Shown here piece after piece: positions 27,586-34,815 of a stretch of DNA of 64,000 nucleotides. The position numbers were made by a program, and so were the translations under genes. The stretch is from Anaerolineae bacterium (GTDB lineage Bacteria > Chloroflexota > Anaerolineae > Anaerolineales > UBA4823). The notes under the pieces were generated by a model. That model searched no databases. It was not told where the DNA came from and saw nothing but the letters and a program-made list of their open reading frames with translations. The stretch covers positions 1,932 through 65,931 of the forward strand of contig JBGOXS010000005.1 of assembly GCA_041479245.1 (NCBI GenBank), given 5' to 3'. The first letter of the stretch is position 1, and every line of letters begins with the position of its first letter.

Positions 27586-29478
27586 ATGCCAGAAAAATTC
27601 AGATCAGCTCCCATTGAGTTTTCAGGTGCGATCGGTGACGACGCCATTCTTGGGGTGAGCATCGCCACCACCGGCGAAGCAGCTGGTCATAGACTGCTGT
27701 TCGACCAGGTGACCTTGTCTCAGCTGCAGCAGCTGGGATCTTCCAAGGCCACCGGTGTTAAGTCCAGGTTCACTCACCCCGACTGGTTTCACGATGGCCT
27801 GGGAAAGTACCTGGGCCGGGTCCGTAATTTCAGGATGCATGGTGACAAGCTGATCGGGGACCTCTTTATCGGCAAGTCAGCTCACCAGAGCCCAGCCGGT
27901 GATATTGGGTCCTACGTGCTCAACCTGGCCAGAGAGGACCCAACCGCCCTCGGTGTCAGTGTGGTCGTCGATCTTGATCGAGTGTGGACCACCAAGGACG
28001 GACAGGAGCTGCCGGCAGGTGGGGGCAGACCGGCCAATGCCACCGGTGATTATCCTGTCGCCCGCATCACCGCACTGTACGCTGCTGACGTGGTTGACGA
28101 GCCAGCACTCAACCCAGATGGTCTCTTCCAGGTGACAGAGGCTAACCTACGCAAACTCTTCACCGATGAAGAGTATTCAGATCTTTTCAAAAAAGGAGAA
28201 CAAGACGCAATGACAGAACCAGAAGCAACCCCCGAGCAAGACCGTATCTTAAAGCTCGAAGCCCAGGTAGCCGTATTATCCAGGGCAGTCGAAGACAGTG
28301 TGATCACCATCGGAGGCCAGCCCCCACGTGGCCAGCAATTATCAGAGGGCCCTGGTGCACGTGAGCAGTTCCAGGGATATATGGATTGGCTGTTTGGCGT
28401 GAAGGATGCCAAGCTGCCCCCTCCCGAGCTCAGGCGCATCGATGCACTGTACCGTGCTCTCACAGGTGACGTTGATATGAGGGGTGTGTTCAATCCCTCT
28501 CATGTTGCCTTCGCTGCAGCCAACACCACCACGCTCAGCGACCTGGCAGTCAATGCCATGAACAAAGTGGTAGTGGATCTGTATGCCAACCTGATCACTT
28601 ACCGCTGGTATGAAATGATCGTTGCAGTTCAGGCCACCGATGGCAGCTTACAAGATATGCAGTGGCTGCAGCTCGGAGGCCTGGCCAACCTGCCAGTCGT
28701 GGCAGAAGGAGCTGCCTACACTGAGCTCACCTTGGCAGACACGAAAGAAACCAGCGCCTTCACCAAGTACGGCGGGTACGTCGGTATCACCGATAAGATG
28801 ATCAGGAACAGCAGGATTGACGAGCTGCAGGCTATTCCACGTGCGCTGACCATCGCAGCCATCCGCACGAGGAGCGCTGCTGTATCGTATATCTTCACCC
28901 AGGCAGCCGGCTTGGGACCAACCCTTGCCCAAGACAGCAAGGCTTTGTTTGTTGCAGACAATTCCCATAGCAATTACGCTACTACAGCATTCAGCTATGC
29001 AGCGTGGACCGCAGCTCGTTTGGAGTGCATGAAGGCTGCAGAGATTAATAGCGCCAAGCGTCAGGCCCTCTGGCCTAAGTATTGCCTTGTGCCGGTAGAC
29101 TTATATGATCCAGCGCTGAATATATTCGGTTATGGTGCCGGCCCAGGTGGTCTACCAGGGTCTCCCAATAATGACCTCAATGTCTATGCCAGTGATCGCC
29201 CGGGTGATCCACGTCCAGTGCCGATCCTGGTACCGGATTGGACCGATGTTACCGATTGGGCCTACATCGTAGACCCACGCATCAGCCCGGTGATCTGTAT
29301 GGCTTACGGTGATAACCCAGGTGGGACGTCACACCCAGCTCCCCAGCTGTACAGTGTGACTGACCCATCCAGCGGGCTGCTCTTCACCAATGACACCCTG
29401 CCGATCAAGGTCCGTGACATGTTCGCTGTCGGTGTCGCAACTTACCGAGGTATCGGTAAACGTGTTGTTGCAGGATAA
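27586..29478 (+). CDS. Prohead protease - scaffold-like linker - major capsid protein fusion
   Basis: The N-terminal ~200 aa carries an HK97-protease-like SRFTHPDWF motif. A coiled-coil linker follows (EQDRILKLEAQVAVLSRAVE). The C-terminal ~400 aa is capsid-sized. The start abuts the preceding stop. Confidence 0.6.
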   Translation: MPEKFRSAPIEFSGAIGDDAILGVSIATTGEAAGHRLLFDQVTLSQLQQLGSSKATGVKSRFTHPDWFHDGLGKYLGRVRNFRMHGDKLIGDLFIGKSAHQSPAGDIGSYVLNLAREDPTALGVSVVVDLDRVWTTKDGQELPAGGGRPANATGDYPVARITALYAADVVDEPALNPDGLFQVTEANLRKLFTDEEYSDLFKKGEQDAMTEPEATPEQDRILKLEAQVAVLSRAVEDSVITIGGQPPRGQQLSEGPGAREQFQGYMDWLFGVKDAKLPPPELRRIDALYRALTGDVDMRGVFNPSHVAFAAANTTTLSDLAVNAMNKVVVDLYANLITYRWYEMIVAVQATDGSLQDMQWLQLGGLANLPVVAEGAAYTELTLADTKETSAFTKYGGYVGITDKMIRNSRIDELQAIPRALTIAAIRTRSAAVSYIFTQAAGLGPTLAQDSKALFVADNSHSNYATTAFSYAAWTAARLECMKAAEINSAKRQALWPKYCLVPVDLYDPALNIFGYGAGPGGLPGSPNNDLNVYASDRPGDPRPVPILVPDWTDVTDWAYIVDPRISPVICMAYGDNPGGTSHPAPQLYSVTDPSSGLLFTNDTLPIKVRDMFAVGVATYRGIGKRVVAG

Positions 29479-29490
29479 GGAGAAGAACAA

Positions 29491-29847
29491 ATGATCGGTA
29501 CTAAATTCACACTTTCATTTCATATCCCTGGCACACTGGCTGCCAACGTATCCATGTACTTCACCGCCCAGGCTGACTGCCAGCTGATCCACGTGTCAGC
29601 CAATGGATCCAATGCGAATGATGGCTTACTTGATATTGGTCCCACCGCTGATACCGATGGTTATCTCGATGGGGTCAGCATCGGTGACAGCAACACACCG
29701 GCTGAGTTTACTAAGGCCAACTTCGTCAACACGGAGTTTCCGCATATTCTCAAAGGCACCGTGGTCGCCATCAGCCTTGACTTCGATGGTGCCGGCGGAT
29801 CAGCCACGCATGACTTCACCCTGGTGCTCACCTTCACGGAGGGATAA
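29491..29847 (+). CDS. Small beta-rich head-associated protein (decoration/connector candidate)
   Basis: AAGGAG RBS. 118 aa immediately after the capsid gene. Confidence 0.4.
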   Translation: MIGTKFTLSFHIPGTLAANVSMYFTAQADCQLIHVSANGSNANDGLLDIGPTADTDGYLDGVSIGDSNTPAEFTKANFVNTEFPHILKGTVVAISLDFDGAGGSATHDFTLVLTFTEG

Positions 29848-29851
29848 ACCC

Positions 29852-30070
29852 ATGGCTGCTAAGAAGAAAGTCGCCATGGTACAACCCCCACCGGCCAGGC
29901 CGGCTAAGAAAGCGGACCTGGTTGACGTACTGCAGCAGCTGGGGAATGATCGACCTTACGTCCTGGTTGTTACTGGTGTTGATCACTGGATCGTGCACTT
30001 CATCGGTGACTATAAACCATCGGGTATCATGCTGGTCGATGGCAAGTGGAAGATCATCCATCAAAAATAA
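29852..30070 (+). CDS. Hypothetical 72-aa protein with basic N-terminus
   Basis: ATG 29852 lies within track ORF 29603..30070. GGAGGG RBS. MAAKKKVAMVQPPPARPAKK. Confidence 0.4.
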   Translation: MAAKKKVAMVQPPPARPAKKADLVDVLQQLGNDRPYVLVVTGVDHWIVHFIGDYKPSGIMLVDGKWKIIHQK

Positions 30071-30078
30071 AACTCTTG

Positions 30079-30106
30079 GCAGGGCAGCTGATTGATGCTG
30101 CCCTGC
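30079..30106 (+). terminator. Perfect 10-bp hairpin (terminator-like)
   Basis: gcagggcagc tgattgat gctgccctgc, directly after the 30070 stop. Confidence 0.5.
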
Positions 30107-30150
30107 AAGTCCTTTCTTGTAAAGTCCTTTCTTGTAAAGTCCTTTCTTGA
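30107..30150 (+). repeat. Three tandem copies of a 15-bp unit AAGTCCTTTCTTGTA
   Basis: Units at 30107-21 and 30122-36 are identical. The third, 30137-50, is truncated by 1 nt. Followed by hairpin gccagc taac gctggc (30158-73). Confidence 0.85.
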
Positions 30151-30188
30151 TTTCTTGGCCAGCTAACGCTGGCAGATCGGAGAACTAA

Positions 30189-30554
30189 ATGAGTGAGATC
30201 GCTTATCAAAAGATTGCTATTACCACAGCCGGTGGTGCCGGTGCTGCCGTTGGCAGTGGCACCAGCCTCCCCATCATGGGCTTCCTGCTGGACGTGTACC
30301 TCGACTATAACGCAGCTGCACCTGCCACCACTGACGTCACCATCAGTGATGCGATATTCGGCAACGCCCTGGTGGTGAGCAATAACGCTACCGATGGTTG
30401 GTATGCTCCACGTAAACAGTCCTGTGATCCAGCTGCAGCTGATACCGGCGCTTATGAACTGATCCCACTGAGTGGACCATTGACCATTGCCGTTGCTCAG
30501 TGTGATGCTATTACCGACGCAGTTGTCGCAACCATCAGGTGGATGACACCATAA
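30189..30554 (+). CDS. Small beta-rich hypothetical protein
   Basis: 121 aa, Ala/Gly/Thr rich, GGAGA RBS. Confidence 0.4.
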   Translation: MSEIAYQKIAITTAGGAGAAVGSGTSLPIMGFLLDVYLDYNAAAPATTDVTISDAIFGNALVVSNNATDGWYAPRKQSCDPAAADTGAYELIPLSGPLTIAVAQCDAITDAVVATIRWMTP

Positions 30555-30557
30555 ACC

Positions 30558-31793
30558 ATGTACCCTATCATTTTTCGCTCACGTTCAGGCACACCTGGTT
30601 ACAATCTACCTCAAAATCTTCTCACCGATCCAGGTACAGTCTTCGAAGACTTTGAGACACTAGGACAATGGACCGCATCCGGTTCAGGTTCAGTCGCTGC
30701 TAACACTACACCAGGTGAATTCAGGACCGGTGCACAAAGCATCAAGATATCCGCTCCCGATAACGGCGTGGAGACTGCTACCAAGACCATCAGTTGGGTA
30801 TCAGGCGGAGCTGCTCCCGCTCGTCTAAGAGTTTCTTTTTACTGCCACAATGCAGCTCCACTAAATGTGACTTATTTACGGGTTTATCTCTCTGACAGCA
30901 CCAACATTGCCGGCATCTATTTCAAAGCAGAAAAGGTAAACCCAACCATCCAACCAGGTTGGAATGTTTGGGATATTTATCCTGCAACGTGGGCAGCGAC
31001 TGGTGCTGTCAATTGGGCCACCATGATCCGTCTCAGGATTGGTGTCTGTTCGACCGCTGGATCCACAGCTCAGATTTCAATGGATGAGATCAAACTTAAT
31101 CCGGTCATGCGTGCAGCTGCGATGATCGTCTTGGATGATATATATTCTTCCTTATACGCTGTGGGTTACGCTTACATGCACTCAAGGAATGTGCGGGGCA
31201 CGTGTTATGTCATCTCAGATCTGATCGATACCGTTGATAGATTGACTTCTGCCCAGCTGCAGGAGATGTATGTTGCCGGTTGGTCCATCGGTAATCACAC
31301 TAGCGACCATACCAATCTCACGTCTTTATCCCAGGCCGATGCTACAACCAGACTGGAAACCTGTACTGCAGCCTTGGATGCATTAGGTCTCACACGTGAC
31401 TCTCTTCACTGTGCTTACCCTAATGCTGGGTTCAATGAGACCGTCAGATTGGCTTGTATCGATGCTGGTATTCTCACCGGCCGTAAGTGCGAGGCTATTC
31501 TTTACCCAGCTTTACAACCCGAAGAAAATTACTTTTGGGGTGGTATCGATAGTCTTGACAACGCACTTACTCTTGCTACAGCTGAGACAGCCGTTGACCT
31601 TGCTTACACCACTGGCAGACTTGCAGTATTTTACGGACATAAGTTTGCAGCTGCGGCCGGCGCTGATCAGTGGGCGACTGCTGACTTTCAAGCATTGATC
31701 GATTACATCATCGCTTATGATATGCCCTTCCTGACCATCAATGATTATTACCAGCTTCAATCCAGTTCAGTCCTGGTGCCTAAACCAACCTAA
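30558..31793 (+). CDS. Polysaccharide deacetylase (CE4/NodB-like) with N-terminal beta-sandwich domain
   Basis: The C-terminal half has MIVLDDIY and GNHTSDHTNL (NodB-type Asp-Asp and HxxxH motifs). The N-terminal ~190 aa is CBM-like. Confidence 0.6.
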   Translation: MYPIIFRSRSGTPGYNLPQNLLTDPGTVFEDFETLGQWTASGSGSVAANTTPGEFRTGAQSIKISAPDNGVETATKTISWVSGGAAPARLRVSFYCHNAAPLNVTYLRVYLSDSTNIAGIYFKAEKVNPTIQPGWNVWDIYPATWAATGAVNWATMIRLRIGVCSTAGSTAQISMDEIKLNPVMRAAAMIVLDDIYSSLYAVGYAYMHSRNVRGTCYVISDLIDTVDRLTSAQLQEMYVAGWSIGNHTSDHTNLTSLSQADATTRLETCTAALDALGLTRDSLHCAYPNAGFNETVRLACIDAGILTGRKCEAILYPALQPEENYFWGGIDSLDNALTLATAETAVDLAYTTGRLAVFYGHKFAAAAGADQWATADFQALIDYIIAYDMPFLTINDYYQLQSSSVLVPKPT

Positions 31794-31805
31794 GGAGCTG
31801 ATCAC

Positions 31806-32492
31806 ATGACTACATCGTTTGCGAAGTTGCTTACAGACTGCTCGGTTGCTTTGGGTGACAGCTCAGGGTCCATGTGGTCACGAACTAATGTGATCTGGCC
31901 CTGGTGCATCGAAGCCATGCTCTCGTTCCCCATCCTACGACCGATGTTCAAAGACGAAACCATCGGAGGAGCCAAGGTATATTCGTTCGATCTTCCAGCT
32001 GGCTTCCGTCAGATCATCACCGTCGAGTATCCGGTCTCACAGCAGCCACCAGTCTACCTGTCACGTAGGAACAGACTTGATCCTAATTTCTACAACGAAG
32101 GTGGGTTCTACGACATTGATCATAACTATGTCGACATGGCTGGCTGGGTGCTTTACATGTCAGGTGGAGCTAACGCAGCTTCACATGTGTACGTTCAGTA
32201 CCTGGCCAACCATAATACCGACATGGCCGATGACGCTAACCATCTGATCAGCATCCCTGATGAATATGAAGGCATCCTGATCACCAGTGTGATGTGTCGT
32301 GGTTATCGAGAGCGCTTGGGAGCCATGATGCAGGACCCTACCGCTCACATGACCGTGGTCTCACAGATGACCGAGATGGTCCAACATGTTGAAGAACAAT
32401 TCCGCACTATGGTTGCTGACGCTCAGCGTGAGCTGACCAACAGCATCGTATCTCCACGCCTGGCGTCAGACAAATTTGACCGGGTGTATTGA
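31806..32492 (+). CDS. Hypothetical phage-island protein (connector/adaptor candidate)
   Basis: 228 aa, co-directional and tightly spaced. No motif recognised. Confidence 0.35.
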   Translation: MTTSFAKLLTDCSVALGDSSGSMWSRTNVIWPWCIEAMLSFPILRPMFKDETIGGAKVYSFDLPAGFRQIITVEYPVSQQPPVYLSRRNRLDPNFYNEGGFYDIDHNYVDMAGWVLYMSGGANAASHVYVQYLANHNTDMADDANHLISIPDEYEGILITSVMCRGYRERLGAMMQDPTAHMTVVSQMTEMVQHVEEQFRTMVADAQRELTNSIVSPRLASDKFDRVY

Positions 32493-32504
32493 TCGAGGTT
32501 TAAA

Positions 32505-32813
32505 ATGACTGATTACATAGTTTGTTATACAGGCCCACAGGATGTTCTAATCGATACCGGTAAAGGACATCTACCAGGTGCGATCATCACTACTAACTTA
32601 GATGCAACATCAGGAGCATGCACCATGTATGACTATACCGGTGCCGGTCCTCCAACTGGTCCACAAATTTTTAACGTGTTGGTGACTAACAGTGCTCCCA
32701 TGACCTGTTACTTCAACGATCGTTTTGCTCCCAGGTTCCATGATGGCTTGTGGCTGCATCTCAGTGACCACTGTTATGCCATGATCTGGTATCACATACC
32801 GACGGTACCTTGA
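32505..32813 (+). CDS. Hypothetical 102-aa protein, last ORF of the island
   Basis: Compact spacing. No motif recognised. Confidence 0.35.
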   Translation: MTDYIVCYTGPQDVLIDTGKGHLPGAIITTNLDATSGACTMYDYTGAGPPTGPQIFNVLVTNSAPMTCYFNDRFAPRFHDGLWLHLSDHCYAMIWYHIPTVP

Positions 32814-32854
32814 TCGCTGCCTTCTAGGCCTGCTAACGTTCCCCCCGCCAGCGC

Positions 32855-33253
32855 TTACTTCTCAGCGATGAAGCTCACCTCGTCCACCAGGATCCAGCCG
32901 CGTCCGCGGTGATTAAGCACGACGGTCACCACTGGACCGTCGAACGAACCATTGAAAGTCAGGTCCAGGCGCTGGTTATTAGGAACTGCCCCTGCATCCG
33001 GCTCGAACTTCACATCGTTGGTGGTCACAGCGCTGGGCACGAAAACCCCCAAGCCATCACGGTGGTTCAACCCAATCTCCACCGCGCTGATCTTTGTCCC
33101 GGCAGGCAAGGTAAAGGTCAGTGTGACGGGCTCGGTCAGGTCAGTCCAGCCCACCCATTCATACGCTACCCCGCGCCTGAGGACGGACAGGATGTCTTCC
33201 GACCCTTTCCTGCCATCGGATAGCTGGCTGCCAGTATCGTCGATGTAAGACAC
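32855..33253 (-). CDS. Discoidin/CBM-like beta-sandwich domain ORF (possibly the detached C-terminus of the upstream lipoprotein)
   Basis: GTG start with no properly spaced RBS and no signal peptide. In frame with 33302..33997 across a single TAA. Confidence 0.4.
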   Translation of the reverse strand: MSYIDDTGSQLSDGRKGSEDILSVLRRGVAYEWVGWTDLTEPVTLTFTLPAGTKISAVEIGLNHRDGLGVFVPSAVTTNDVKFEPDAGAVPNNQRLDLTFNGSFDGPVVTVVLNHRGRGWILVDEVSFIAEK

Positions 33254-33301
33254 CCTCCCGGTTTCGCCAGGTGGTGCTATATAACTCAGGTCGGGGATAT
33301 A

Positions 33302-33997
33302 TTAAGGAGGGATGGGCACGGATATTGTGGGAGGGATGGTGGTTAATGCCGGTGCAAGCTGGGTAACGGTGGGCTCGGATGGGACAGGAGTGGCGACTAC
33401 TGTGGCTACGTCCAATCTCAGGGTTTCCACGGAGCGAGGCAGGCGTGCGGCCACAATATCCGCCAGCCCATAGATGTACGCCGGGGCAATCTGGTCGGGA
33501 AAGCCGAGCAATGAGATGCGCACATAGGCATGTCCCTGATAAAACTCCAGCCACCAGACAGGGGTCAGCAGGTCGCCTATGGTGGTCCTCCATACTGCCG
33601 ATTTCTCTCCAACTCTATGCAAGGGAGTGCCTGGTTTCCACGTTACTCCCTGGATATTTCCAAGAGAAGATGGGGGCTGGGGGAGATCTGCTCGGCTCAT
33701 ATCGACTTCATAAAGGATGACATCGTTGTTCACCGCGAAGGCCGTGTCCAGCTCGCTTCCAGCACCGCCCGGCTGGTAAGCCTGATACGCCTGGTAGGAC
33801 CATTTGTAACCCTGTTCCTGGCTGGATTGGTTGTACGACTGCTGCCAACCTACGCCCACTTCAGGCAGCTCTGAGATGCGTAGGGCATAGATTGCAGGAT
33901 CGGGCAGCTCAGCAGACGGAACCTGGTCAGAGGCGGATGAACTACAGGCTGCGAGCAGCATTACGATCAAGGGAAGCAGGAAAAGCTTTGTCTTCAC
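33302..33997 (-). CDS. Lipoprotein, function unknown
   Basis: Signal peptide plus lipobox MKTKLFLLPLIVMLLAAC. Pro/Thr-rich C-terminus. Confidence 0.6.
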   Translation of the reverse strand: MKTKLFLLPLIVMLLAACSSSASDQVPSAELPDPAIYALRISELPEVGVGWQQSYNQSSQEQGYKWSYQAYQAYQPGGAGSELDTAFAVNNDVILYEVDMSRADLPQPPSSLGNIQGVTWKPGTPLHRVGEKSAVWRTTIGDLLTPVWWLEFYQGHAYVRISLLGFPDQIAPAYIYGLADIVAARLPRSVETLRLDVATVVATPVPSEPTVTQLAPALTTIPPTISVPIPP

Positions 33998-34422
33998 TCA
34001 AACTTCCCCGGGAAACCCCTAACATTGGCAGTCAGCACCTGTATACCGTTCTGGTTGGTGCAGGTGCACACTAAACACACCGCACCTGTCTGGGCGTCTA
34101 TTTCTGCAACCTCCGCTTCGGCAGTGATGCTATCTCCCACGTAGACCGGCGCGGTGAACCTGAAATCCATCTCCGTCGCCAGGAAGGCCCACAGTCCACC
34201 CAGGTGAGTGAGCAAGCTGGCGGTGAGCAATCCCGGTACAATGCGGTGCTCGAACTGAGAAGCTCTGCAATACGCTTCGTCAGTATGCAGCGGATTGACA
34301 TCCCAGGTTGTGCCGATGAATAGTGCCACATCTGCTTCTGTGAGGGTACGGGTAAAGGCAACTTTATCCCCAAGTGCGGGGGCACCAGTAATCATTCGTT
34401 TGGGTAAGGTCGGGCGTCTCAT
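33994..34422 (-). CDS. MaoC-like (R)-hydratase, hotdog fold
   Basis: DVNPLHTDEAY motif. About 140 aa. Confidence 0.7.
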   Translation of the reverse strand: MRRPTLPKRMITGAPALGDKVAFTRTLTEADVALFIGTTWDVNPLHTDEAYCRASQFEHRIVPGLLTASLLTHLGGLWAFLATEMDFRFTAPVYVGDSITAEAEVAEIDAQTGAVCLVCTCTNQNGIQVLTANVRGFPGKFE

Positions 34423-34815
34423 TTTGGAGGCAGCGATTAGTGAATTGTGATTAACAATTGGCAGTTAGCAATTAAAGAATAGCAATCTATATATAGTTAT
34501 GATCTAGATTACCAATTAATTATAGAGAAATAATAAACGAGGATGGTCTTATGCGCAAGAGGGGTGAGATTTAATGACCAATAATAATTCTAAAACTCAC
34601 AATTAATAATATTGGCGGAAGACCAATAAATGCCAAGCAAAACCAATTATTCGTTGAGGTCCATTTTATAAAATATATATGTGACTTTTTGAACAATGCA
34701 GTTAATCGACGAGGCTCATCCAACGATTTGACTGCCCTGATGTGAGGATGCCACGATTAACCATCCTATTGTGCCAGGGACAGGCTCAGTGTGACTAAAC
34801 CAAACGGAGGAGATT

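Larger units (their letters stand above)
22189..32813 (+). mobile_element. Phage-derived head-packaging/lysis gene island without recognisable tail or integration genes
   Basis: Fourteen co-directional ORFs including TerL, portal, capsid fusion, GH25 lysin and a holin-like protein. Flanked by ordinary cellular genes. Confidence 0.7.

Noticed and set aside
30107-30150. Possible mini-CRISPR array, suggested by the three direct repeats.
   Set aside because: The units are contiguous 15-mers with no spacers, and there are no cas genes. This is a plain tandem repeat.
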